Part shown: positions 1-7,093 of the stretch, piece by piece
Layout: the number at the start of each line of letters is the position of its first letter
Numbering within the stretch: position 1 is the stretch's first letter
Origin: Verrucomicrobiota bacterium
GTDB lineage: Bacteria; Verrucomicrobiota; Verrucomicrobiia; Limisphaerales; JADLHS01
Reading direction: 5' to 3'
Assembly: GCA_025457745.1 (NCBI GenBank)
Contig: JALOTT010000121.1
Coordinates: 1 to 17,793 of the forward strand
DNA: 17,793 nt
Position numbers and translations under genes: made by a program
The notes under the pieces: model-generated
Told to the model about the DNA's origin: nothing
The model's database searches: none
The model's input: the letters and a program-made list of their open reading frames with translations, nothing else

Positions 1-76
1 TGTCGCCGAGTTCGATCAGCGGGTAGTTGATGACTTTTTGCAGATCCGTCCACCATTGGCTCAATGTCTCGCTCAT
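1..76 (-). CDS. 5' end (N-terminus) of a minus-strand gene running off the left edge; unknown product
   Basis: Reverse complement of 1-76 reads ATG AGC GAG ACA TTG AGC CAA TGG TGG ACG ... (MSETLSQWWTDLQKVINYPLIELGD...) with no stop before the window edge. It is divergent from the + strand protease gene. Only 25 codons are visible, so function is unknown. Confidence 0.35.
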   Translation of the reverse strand, partial: MSETLSQWWTDLQKVINYPLIELGD

Positions 77-255
77 AATTGTTACCTCGTCCGTGATTGA
101 TGCGTGCCGGGCCTCGGATAACCAAGGCTTGTTTCAAACGTCGGTTCGGTGCATAAAACCGACATGCGCAAGCATAAGAGAACCCTGAGCTTATGGGAAC
201 CCGTGACTGTGAAATGCCGGCACGGTCTGCCTTCGGCTCGCACCAATCCTGTGCT

Positions 256-1353
256 ATGAAATGGTCACTCCGACTCGGCAGCATCGTCGGCATCAACGTC
301 TATATGCACTGGACGTTCCTCTTGCTCATCGGCTGGATCTTCTTCAGCCACCTCGCGCAAGGGCACAACGTCGCGATGGCCACGCGGGGCGCGGCGTTTA
401 TCATGGCCATCTTCGGCTGCGTCGTGCTTCATGAACTCGGACACGCGCTCGCGGCGCGGCGCTACGGCATCCGCACCCGCGACATCACGCTGCTGCCCAT
501 TGGCGGCGTCGCGCGGCTGGAGCGGATGCCGGAGAAACCCAAGCAGGAACTGGTCGTCGCGCTGGCCGGGCCGGCGGTGAACGTGGTCATTGCGGCGATT
601 CTCTTTGTGGTGCTCGCCGTCCTGGGCACGCTGGGGAATTTGCTCTCGCTCGAATTCGTCGGCGGCAGTTTCCTCGTCAACCTCATGAGCGTGAACGTGC
701 TGCTCGTGGTCTTCAATATGTTGCCCGCGTTTCCGATGGACGGTGGGCGGGTGTTGCGCGCGTTGCTGGCCACCCGGATGGATTACCGGCGTGCCACCGG
801 CATCGCGGCGTCGGTCGGCCAGGGCATGGCCATCCTGTTTGCGCTGGCCGGGCTGTTCGTTTTCAAGAACCCGTTCCTCCTTTTCATCGCGCTCTTTGTT
901 TTCCTCGGCGCGGCCAGCGAAGCGGAGACGGTCGGCGTGCAGCAAACACTGCGTGGCCAGTCGGTGCGCGACGCCATGCTCACGCGCTTTCGCACGCTGG
1001 CCGCCGAAGCGACGCTCGACGACGCAGTGCGTGAGTTGTTGGCGGGTTCGCAGCAGGATTTCCCGGTCATGTCCGGCGATGCGCTTGTAGGCATCCTGAT
1101 GAGGAACGATCTGGTCAAAGCCATCGCCGAAGGCGGCCGGCAAGCGCTCGTGAAAAGCGCCATGCGCCAGAACTGCGCCGTGGTTGAGGCGTCCGATCCG
1201 CTCCGCGCGGCGTTCGACAAGATTCGGCGGGGCGAGTGCTCCACGGTGCCGGTTTTGCAGGAGGGCCGGCTGGTGGGATTGCTCACGCTGGAAAACGTTG
1301 GCGAACTGGTAATGGTCAACGAGGCCAGCAGCCAGTTTGAAGGGAGGACCTGA
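256..1353 (+). CDS. Site-2 protease (peptidase M50) family zinc metalloprotease with C-terminal tandem CBS domains
   Basis: The HExxH zinc motif is present in a TM helix (VVLHELGHALAARRYG). The downstream M50 signature NMLPAFPMDGGRVLRALL is present, and the protein has multiple hydrophobic helices. The C-terminal ~130 aa resemble a CBS pair (QSVRDAMLTRF...FPVMSGDALVGILMRNDLVKA...VPVLQEGRLVGLLTLENV). Start chosen at ATG 256 (MKWSLRLGSIVGINVYMHWTFLLL, typical N-terminus of this family) rather than ATG 193. Confidence 0.85.
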   Translation: MKWSLRLGSIVGINVYMHWTFLLLIGWIFFSHLAQGHNVAMATRGAAFIMAIFGCVVLHELGHALAARRYGIRTRDITLLPIGGVARLERMPEKPKQELVVALAGPAVNVVIAAILFVVLAVLGTLGNLLSLEFVGGSFLVNLMSVNVLLVVFNMLPAFPMDGGRVLRALLATRMDYRRATGIAASVGQGMAILFALAGLFVFKNPFLLFIALFVFLGAASEAETVGVQQTLRGQSVRDAMLTRFRTLAAEATLDDAVRELLAGSQQDFPVMSGDALVGILMRNDLVKAIAEGGRQALVKSAMRQNCAVVEASDPLRAAFDKIRRGECSTVPVLQEGRLVGLLTLENVGELVMVNEASSQFEGRT

Positions 1354-1357
1354 AGGC

Positions 1358-2896
1358 ATGGCAACACAGAAAGGCATTCTTACGCGTCAGGCGCTCGGCG
1401 CGAAAACCGCCGTTGGCCGGCACGGCTTGCTAACGGCGCGCGAGCAAGAGAAACAATACCGGTTGCTGTTTCAGTTGAACCCTTGCCCGATGTGGATTTG
1501 CGATGAGAAAACCTTGGAGTTCCTCGCCGTGAATGAGGCGGCCTTGCGGCTGTATGGTTGTTCGCGCAAGAAATTCATGCGAATGACGGCCACGGACATT
1601 CGTCCGCCCGAGGATGTGCCCAAGTTTCTTCGCGCGATGGGCGGGCAGCGCAGATCGCGGGCGACGTTTGTCGGCGAGTGGCGTCACGTCAAGCGGGACG
1701 GCACGGTCTTTGACGTGGCTGTCACGATCAGCTCCATTCCTTACGCCGGACGCGCGGCCCGGCTGGTGTTGGTGGATGACATCACGGAACGCAAGCGGGC
1801 GGAGGAGCAAGTGAAGCAACTCACCGCCACGCTCGAACGCCGCGTGGCCGAACGAACCGACGAACTTCTGGATGCCAACGAGCGGCTGCGCGCCATCATG
1901 GACAACGCTTTGGTTGGGATACTCACCTTGAACGCGCATGGAGTGATCGAGTCCCTCAACCCGGCGGCCACGCTGATATTCGGCAACACGCCGGACGAAA
2001 TGCTGGGCCGCAACGTCAGCCGGTTTATGGCATCTCCGCAGCAGCTCAAGGGAGAGGAATTCCTCGCCCATTACCTCGAACCCGGTGACCAGCGCTCCAT
2101 GGGCGCGGGGCGCGAAGTCCTCGGCCGGCGAAAGGGCGGTCACGCGATCGTGATCGAGTTGACGGTGAGCGATTTCTCCCACACGGGACGCCGGGAATTC
2201 GTCGCGATGGTGCGCGACATCACGGTACGCAAGCGACTGGAGCGTGAGCTTTTGGAAATCAGCGAACGCGAGCAGCAGCGAATCGGGCGCGATTTGCACG
2301 ACGGGCTTGGCCAGCAACTGCACGGGCTTTCCTATCTGGCGGCGCTGCTGGAGAAGGGCCTCCAGGAAGAGGCTTCCTCCCGCGCCGCGGAGGCCGGCCA
2401 GTTGAACAAGTATCTGGATGAAGCCCTGGAACTGACGCGCGGCCTCGCGCATGGCTTGCAACCCGTCAAGGCCATGCCCCGGGGATTGATGATGGCACTC
2501 CGCGAACTGGCCGAACGCACGCGGGCGATGTATCGGGTGGATTGCCGCTTTGAATGTCGCGCGCCCGTGCTCATCCACCGGCACACCGCCGCCACGCACC
2601 TTTATCGCATCGCGCAGGAGGCTGTGAACAATGCCATGAAACACGCCAAACCCACGCGCGTCCGCATTAAGCTTGCGGCCACGGCGCAGCGGATCGTGCT
2701 CGGCGTCCGGGACAACGGCACTGGCATCCGTCATCGCAAAGCACCCGCGAGAGGCATGGGCCTGCACATCATGCAATACCGGGCCGATGCCATCAGAGGC
2801 ACACTGGCCGTCCAGAAACTTCCTGAACGCGGGACGGAAGTCGTATGCACCGTCAAGCGCCTCGCACTGCTCCCGCAAGAGAACCACACCCAATGA
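1358..2896 (+). CDS. Cytoplasmic sensor histidine kinase, two PAS domains + HisKA_3 dimerisation/H-box + HATPase_c (NarX/DevS-class kinase)
   Basis: H-box EREQQRIGRDLHDGLGQQL is typical of HisKA_3. The C-terminal ATPase region has the N-box AVNNAMKHA and the G-box DNGTGI. Two PAS-like segments are present (LLFQLNPCPMWICDEKTLEFLAVNEAALRLYG...; IMDNALVGILTLNAHGVIESLNPAATLIFG...). There is no TM segment. GGAGG RBS at 1342-1347 precedes ATG 1358. The stop (2894-2896) overlaps the start of the next gene (caATGAaa). Confidence 0.85.
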   Translation: MATQKGILTRQALGAKTAVGRHGLLTAREQEKQYRLLFQLNPCPMWICDEKTLEFLAVNEAALRLYGCSRKKFMRMTATDIRPPEDVPKFLRAMGGQRRSRATFVGEWRHVKRDGTVFDVAVTISSIPYAGRAARLVLVDDITERKRAEEQVKQLTATLERRVAERTDELLDANERLRAIMDNALVGILTLNAHGVIESLNPAATLIFGNTPDEMLGRNVSRFMASPQQLKGEEFLAHYLEPGDQRSMGAGREVLGRRKGGHAIVIELTVSDFSHTGRREFVAMVRDITVRKRLERELLEISEREQQRIGRDLHDGLGQQLHGLSYLAALLEKGLQEEASSRAAEAGQLNKYLDEALELTRGLAHGLQPVKAMPRGLMMALRELAERTRAMYRVDCRFECRAPVLIHRHTAATHLYRIAQEAVNNAMKHAKPTRVRIKLAATAQRIVLGVRDNGTGIRHRKAPARGMGLHIMQYRADAIRGTLAVQKLPERGTEVVCTVKRLALLPQENHTQ

Positions 2897-3591
2897 AACC
2901 GAAGACCAAATCCCCGCCGGCGCCCAAACGCAAACGCATCCTCGTCGTGGACGACCATCCGCTGATGCGCGAGGGCGTGAGTCAATGGATTCAACGCGCG
3001 CCCGAATTGGAAGTCTGCGCCCAGGCGGAGTCGGCGGCCCAGGCCGTTTCCCTGGCGGAAAAACTCAAACCCGACCTCGTGCTCACCGACATTTCGTTGA
3101 TGGGCCGCAACGGTCTTGAACTCATCAAAGACCTGGGCGCGCTTCAGCCCGGCCTGCCGGTGCTTGTGCTTTCGATGCACGAGGAATCGCTTTACGCCGG
3201 GCGGGCCCTCCGCGCCGGCGCGCGCGGTTACATCATGAAACGCGCCGGCGGCGACCGCGTGGTCGAAGCCATCCGTGAAGTGTTCCAGGGCCGCATCGCT
3301 GTCAGCCCCGAAATGGCGACGCACTTGCTGGAGGAATACTCCGGGCGAAAATCGCGCTCCGGGCGCACGGCGCTGCCGAATCTCACGGACCGGGAATTTG
3401 AAATCTTTCAATTGCTCGGCGAGGCCAAGAGCAACCGGGAGATTGCCGAACAACTTCATCTCAGCCCGAAGACGGTGGAAACACATCGCATGAACCTGGC
3501 GCGCAAGCTCAAAGTCAAGAGCGCTGTCGAGTTGCTGCGCTTCGCCCTGCAATACGTCGAGAAAGAGGCCTCGGGCGACCTGGGCGGTTGA
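2893..3591 (+). CDS. NarL/FixJ-family response regulator (REC + LuxR-type HTH)
   Basis: Receiver motifs are present: ILVVDDHP, phospho-acceptor in LVLTDISLMG, VLVLSMHEE, YIMKRAG. The C-terminal LuxR HTH is LTDREFEIFQLLGEAKSNREIAEQLHLSPKTVETHRMNLARKLKV. ATG 2893 overlaps the kinase stop in an ATGA arrangement. Confidence 0.9.
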   Translation: MKPKTKSPPAPKRKRILVVDDHPLMREGVSQWIQRAPELEVCAQAESAAQAVSLAEKLKPDLVLTDISLMGRNGLELIKDLGALQPGLPVLVLSMHEESLYAGRALRAGARGYIMKRAGGDRVVEAIREVFQGRIAVSPEMATHLLEEYSGRKSRSGRTALPNLTDREFEIFQLLGEAKSNREIAEQLHLSPKTVETHRMNLARKLKVKSAVELLRFALQYVEKEASGDLGG

Positions 3592-3663
3592 CACCACGCT
3601 GGCGTTTTCCTGGTTAATCACGCGCGCTCACTTCATCGGCTAGTTTTCAGCGGTGATTTCCTC

Positions 3664-3683
3664 CGCACGTGACTCGCACGTGC
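3664..3683 (+). promoter_or_regulatory. Tandem direct repeat CGCACGTG-N3-CGCACGTG (two CACGTG palindromes 11 bp apart); candidate transcription-factor site upstream of the pseudo-receiver gene
   Basis: Sequence cgcacgtgactcgcacgtgc is read directly from the window. It lies in the 266-bp intergenic region, about 175 bp upstream of ATG 3858. Function is purely inferred. Confidence 0.3.
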
Positions 3684-3857
3684 CCTTCAGCAATTCGCTG
3701 GTATCTCTCGGCGTTTTGCTGAACCTCAACCGGAACTTCATCCCATTGTGGGCGAAAGCGCCGACGCGTTAGAGTGCGCGTGTGTATCAAGTGCATCAAC
3801 GACGCGGCAGTGGCGACCGACGGCCAGGAACGACTTCAAAACCCGTTTGGTTTGAAG

Positions 3858-4301
3858 ATGAGCAGGACGTCAAAGCGTAACGTGGCGAACGGGCGCAATG
3901 CCGTGTTTCTCGTGGACCGGCACGCGCTCATGCGGCGTGCCGCCGCCCATTGGATCAATTCGAGTTCCGGTCTGAAGGTCTGCGGCATGGCGGGCGGCGT
4001 GGCGGGCGCATTCCGAGCAGTCAAACGATTGCGCCCGGACATTGTAGTCTCGGAAATCATGCGACCACACGACCTCGGTTTCATCCGGGAGTTGCATCGG
4101 CGGCATCCGGGTCTGCCGATTCTCGTTTTTTCCATGCAAGACGCAGCGGTGTATGCGGCCAGGGCGCGGGAAGTTGGTGCCAGCGGCTATTTGATGAAAG
4201 ACGTGGGCGGAGAACAACTTGTCCACGGCATTCGCGCCATGCTGAGTCGGCGAAAGGGTCACTCCATCCGGCCTGCCCGGACTCGGCGACCGGCTGAGTG
4301 A
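3858..4301 (+). CDS. Stand-alone, output-domain-less pseudo-receiver (paralog of the adjacent NarL-type regulator; phospho-acceptor Asp replaced by Glu)
   Basis: It aligns residue-for-residue with the receiver of the 2893-3591 protein: VFLVDRHALM vs ILVVDDHPLM; PDIVVSEIMRPHDLGF vs PDLVLTDISLMGRNGL (D->E at the phosphorylation site); ILVFSMQ vs VLVLSMH; YLMKDVG vs YIMKRAG. There is no HTH. Start is ambiguous between ATG 3774 and ATG 3858; 3858 was chosen as it sits ~17 aa before the first beta-strand. Confidence 0.7.
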   Translation: MSRTSKRNVANGRNAVFLVDRHALMRRAAAHWINSSSGLKVCGMAGGVAGAFRAVKRLRPDIVVSEIMRPHDLGFIRELHRRHPGLPILVFSMQDAAVYAARAREVGASGYLMKDVGGEQLVHGIRAMLSRRKGHSIRPARTRRPAE

Positions 4302-4416
4302 ACTCAGGCAATTGCTGAAGCGCGTTGGGCGGCAGACCGATTGTGTGGAGCACAAGTGCGGGACTAGAGTGTAAATGTCGTAACTGTGAAACAGAACCAA
4401 ATCAGCGATCAACGAT

Positions 4417-4992
4417 ATGAGTGCGACGGCAATTCGAGACGAAGAGATCGGAAATTCTTTTGAAACGACCATGAAAGCAGTGATCCTCTACGACGAATTC
4501 GATCTGGCAGCGAAGGCGAATGCGCTGCTGACGCGCGCGGCCAACCGGGCAGACCCGGCTGTGCCGTGGAGCATCAACCCCTGGCGACTGGACATGCTGA
4601 TGCTGCCGCCGACTGCCGACAATGCGCTCCAAGATACGGCAGGCGCGCACCTGATAGTGTTGGCGATCCAGCGCCAAAGGGAGTTGCCGCCCTGGCTGTT
4701 CAACTGGCTGGAAAAGTGGGCCGGGTGCCGAGAGGTTCAAGACGTCGCCTTCGCCGTGTTCGATGGTGGGAACGGGGGCATGCTGTCAATGCCTGCCGCG
4801 CCCGAGTTGTCCCGCTTTGCCGAGCGACACGGCTTGTGTTTCATCTTTGGCGACGTGCATCCGGACGAAGGCAAATCGGCCGGATCTTTGGACGACCTGC
4901 ACGCGCGTGAGGTGACGCAGACGCCGACAATGGTTCACATCCTGGAGCAGACGCCCCGCCGCTACTATCAGCATTGGGGAATCAACGAGTGA
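4417..4992 (+). CDS. Hypothetical protein (no recognisable family); alternative start at ATG 4471
   Basis: It is a 191-codon ORF in the coding strand orientation of the locus (MSATAIRDEEIGNSFETTMKAVILYDEFDLAAKANALL...). The N-terminus after M19 (MKAVILYDEF) faintly resembles a flavodoxin/CheY-like beta1 strand, but there is no confident motif. No good RBS is seen for either start. Confidence 0.5.
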   Translation: MSATAIRDEEIGNSFETTMKAVILYDEFDLAAKANALLTRAANRADPAVPWSINPWRLDMLMLPPTADNALQDTAGAHLIVLAIQRQRELPPWLFNWLEKWAGCREVQDVAFAVFDGGNGGMLSMPAAPELSRFAERHGLCFIFGDVHPDEGKSAGSLDDLHAREVTQTPTMVHILEQTPRRYYQHWGINE

Positions 4993-5048
4993 GTCGCGGC
5001 GCAGTCGTGGCGCTGATTGCGATTTGAAATTCCGATGTCCGACCAAAC

Positions 5049-5387
5049 ATGAAGACAACCGTGAACAACAATGTTATTGAAGTAAACGAAGCGAACTTTC
5101 CGCGGGAAGTGCTCGGCGCGCGGAGGCCCGTGCTGGTGCAGTTTTGGGCCAGTTGGTCTGATCCGTGCAAGGCCATGACCCCCGTGCTCGAATCCGTCGC
5201 CGAACATGAGGCCACCCCGGTCAAAGTGGCCCGGGTGAACGTGGAGCATCACGAAGGGTTGGCCGAGGAATATGGCGTGCGCGCCGTGCCCACTCTGCTT
5301 ATTTTCAACCGGGGAAATCTACAGGACCAGATCATCGGGCGCGCCACCGAACAGGAAGTGCGCGAGAAATTAGAATGCTTGAAATGA
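5049..5387 (+). CDS. Thioredoxin-fold protein with non-canonical active site WSDPC (CGPC -> SDPC; nucleophilic Cys missing)
   Basis: It aligns along its whole length with classical thioredoxin: VLVQFWASWSDPCKAMTPVLESVAEH...VKVARVNVEHHEGLAEEYGVRAVPTLLIFNRGNL, compared with E. coli [27 protein letters not shown]...[30 protein letters not shown]. The cis-Pro (VPTLL) is conserved. The first Cys of CxxC is replaced by Ser. Confidence 0.8.
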   Translation: MKTTVNNNVIEVNEANFPREVLGARRPVLVQFWASWSDPCKAMTPVLESVAEHEATPVKVARVNVEHHEGLAEEYGVRAVPTLLIFNRGNLQDQIIGRATEQEVREKLECLK

Positions 5388-5630
5388 ATTTCCGAAAGCC
5401 AAATTGCGGTGGCGATGTGCGGGTGTTGAGAATCCACGCTCCAGAGCAGGACCAAACCTCATCGCCCGTCGAGATCAAGTTTAACCGCGGGCATCCGCTT
5501 GAGAACAACGAATTGCCGGCTCGGTTGAGCCGACTGCGATGCGGGCAAGAGACCCGTAAAACGGTTGCGCCCGCACCGCGACAAACCGAACTCATCAACG
5601 CATAACCATCGAAACAGAGAAAGGACCAAC

Positions 5631-5924
5631 ATGACACCACATGAAGCAAATCAACGGCTGACCGGCGATCTTAAACTGGTCATGCGCGACGCGGAGGAGT
5701 TGCTCAAGGCCACCGCGGGCGAGGCGGGCGAAAAAGTGAAGGAAGTGCGCAGCCGGCTGACGACGGCGCTAGATTCCGCCAAGGCCACGTGCGAACACCT
5801 CCAAGACAAAACCGTCGAAGCGGCCAAGGCCACGGATCACGTCATCCGCGAGCATCCCTATGAATCCATCGGCATCGCCTTTGGCGTGGGGCTGCTAATT
5901 GGCGTGCTGGTCGGACGCCGTTAA
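5631..5924 (+). CDS. DUF883 / ElaB-YqjD-family membrane-anchored stress protein
   Basis: It has an N-terminal coiled-coil and the C-terminal signature [26 protein letters not shown] (conserved HPY...GxGxLxG tail anchor of ElaB/YqjD/YgaM). Strong RBS aaagga 7 nt before ATG 5631. Confidence 0.8.
   Translation: MTPHEANQRLTGDLKLVMRDAEELLKATAGEAGEKVKEVRSRLTTALDSAKATCEHLQDKTVEAAKATDHVIREHPYESIGIAFGVGLLIGVLVGRR
5838..5912 (+). repeat. Dispersed direct repeat, copy A (tail-anchor coding segment of DUF883 gene); copy B at 9523-9597
   Basis: atccgcgagcatccctatgaatccatcggcatcgcctttggcgtggggctgctaattggcgtgctggtcgg (copy A) versus atccgcgagcatccgtatgaatccatgggcgtcgccttcggtgttgggctgctgattggtgtgctggtcat (copy B). 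About 85% nucleotide identity over ~72 nt, read directly from the sequence. Confidence 0.8.
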
Positions 5925-5928
5925 ACCC

Positions 5929-6315
5929 ATGGACGAAAGCGAAACAATCCGTCCAGGCGTGTTGGACACCTTGCGGCGGCTTGGCACCACCGTTCTAGCC
6001 ATTTTTCAGAACCGGCTGGAGTTGCTGGTGGTCGAGTTGCAGGAGGAACGCATCCGCCTTTTCAACGCGCTCTTGCTGACGGCGGCGATCGTGGCGCTGG
6101 GTTTCTTCACGCTGGCGATGGCGGCCCTCGCGCTAGTCATCGTCGTCTGGAATCAATTCGGCGTGAAAGGGCTGTTGTTGATGAGCGCGCTGGGTTTGAT
6201 CAGCACACTGCTGTCCTATTGGCGGCTGCGCGTGCGTTTGAAGAACTGGCCGCTGTTATCCGGCACGCTGGCCGAACTCAAAAAGGACCGCGAATGTTTG
6301 GAGAGCAAGAAATGA
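5929..6315 (+). CDS. YqjE-like inner-membrane protein (holin-X / Phage_holin_3_6 superfamily, DUF1469-like)
   Basis: It shows the two-TM architecture and the motif FQNRLELLVVELQEERIRLFNALLLTAAIVALGFF...ALALVIVVW, characteristic of YqjE homologs encoded immediately downstream of elaB/yqjD-type genes. It starts 5 nt after the upstream stop. Confidence 0.7.
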   Translation: MDESETIRPGVLDTLRRLGTTVLAIFQNRLELLVVELQEERIRLFNALLLTAAIVALGFFTLAMAALALVIVVWNQFGVKGLLLMSALGLISTLLSYWRLRVRLKNWPLLSGTLAELKKDRECLESKK

Positions 6316-6614
6316 CGGCACTTCAACTGCGCAAACAAACGCTGTTGCTGGAGAGCGACCTGAACCGCCTGACGCTGCACGTCGAATGTGCGCAGTTGCG
6401 CGAAGCCACGAATTGGATGGGCCAGATCAGAGGGGCGCAAAAAAGAATTCCTTCGTGGGCGCTGGCCGTGGCGCCGCTGGCGGGTGTGGCGTTGGTGCTG
6501 GGCCTGCGCCGTTCCTCGGCCGGCGCTGGACTTTTGACAAAGGCCCTGGGAGTCGCACCCTCGCTGATCCAGATTTGGCGCATGTTTTCGGCGTCATCCA
6601 ACGAACCGAAATAA
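6312..6614 (+). CDS. YqjK-like small membrane protein (third gene of yqjD-yqjE-yqjK-type triad)
   Basis: ATG 6312 overlaps the upstream stop (aATGAcg). The ~100 aa protein has an N-terminal amphipathic region (LQLRKQTLLLESDLNRLTLHVECAQLREA) and one TM (WALAVAPLAGVALVLGL). Size and position match YqjK. The assignment rests on synteny more than on motifs. Confidence 0.55.
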   Translation: MTALQLRKQTLLLESDLNRLTLHVECAQLREATNWMGQIRGAQKRIPSWALAVAPLAGVALVLGLRRSSAGAGLLTKALGVAPSLIQIWRMFSASSNEPK

Positions 6615-6664
6615 ACCTGGCTCGAAGGGCCGCACCGCCCGCGGGCCGCAACCGAAGGATAAAC

Positions 6665-6970
6665 ATGGCAAAAACCAACCATACAAACCCCGCAAAGCTC
6701 GGAACAAAGCGTGGCCGGACTCAGACGTTCTCCATCACCGCACCCACGGCGATGAGTGTACAGTTGGTGGGCGACTTCACGCATTGGACGCAGCAGCCGA
6801 TCAACATGCAAAAGAGCGCGGACGGCGTCTGGCGCACCAGTGTCGAACTTGAACCGGGCACGCACCACTACCGTTTCCTCGTGGACGGTCAGTGGCGTGA
6901 TGATCCAGAATGTGCGTTGCACGTGCCGAATCCGTACGGCAGTCAGGACGCAGTTCGGCAAGTCGCTTAA
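6665..6970 (+). CDS. Stand-alone CBM48 / AMPK-beta-type glycogen-binding domain protein (101 aa)
   Basis: It matches the AMPK beta GBD / isoamylase N-domain consensus: VQLVGDFTHWTQQPINMQKSADGVWRTSVELEPGTHHYRFLVDGQWRDDPE (W...W...L.PG.H.YKF.VDG.W..DP). RBS aagga precedes ATG 6665. The in-frame upstream extension to 6386 overlaps the previous gene and is discounted. Confidence 0.8.
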   Translation: MAKTNHTNPAKLGTKRGRTQTFSITAPTAMSVQLVGDFTHWTQQPINMQKSADGVWRTSVELEPGTHHYRFLVDGQWRDDPECALHVPNPYGSQDAVRQVA

Positions 6971-7093
6971 CCGGTTTGGCCTCCGGTCCCTGGGCGCGAT
7001 GAGTTAGGTTGTCCGGCCTGCAAGGGCCGAGGGGATGATGCGTCCTTAGCGTTGGGCAGCCAGGTTTCGGGCGCGCCACAACCGGAAAGAAAC

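Noticed and set aside
193-255. Upstream extension of protease ORF from ATG 193
   Set aside because: The family consensus N-terminus (MKWSL.LG...G..V..H.TF) begins at ATG 256. The extra 21 residues (MGTRDCEMPARSAFGSHQSCA) look like translated intergenic DNA.
265-1377. 370-aa minus-strand ORF antisense to the M50 protease gene
   Set aside because: It is a typical high-GC antisense shadow ORF: Arg/Ala/Gly/Pro-rich low-complexity translation and no recognisable motifs. It fully overlaps a + strand gene with strong family signatures.
1430-2893. 487-aa minus-strand ORF antisense to the histidine kinase
   Set aside because: The same reasoning applies. The + strand product has unmistakable H-box/N-box/G-box motifs, and the antisense product is low-complexity.
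2731-3621. 296-aa minus-strand ORF antisense to the NarL-type regulator
   Set aside because: Shadow ORF of a high-GC gene; no motifs.
5375-5605. 76-aa + strand ORF in the thioredoxin-DUF883 intergenic region
   Set aside because: It starts inside the last codons of the thioredoxin gene in another frame, has no RBS, and its translation is non-descript. The region more plausibly serves as the promoter/leader of the DUF883 operon.
6386-6664. Upstream in-frame extension of the CBM48 ORF (194-aa version)
   Set aside because: It overlaps the YqjK-like gene and encodes Gly/Ala/Arg low-complexity sequence. An RBS-preceded ATG at 6665 gives a clean stand-alone CBM48 domain.
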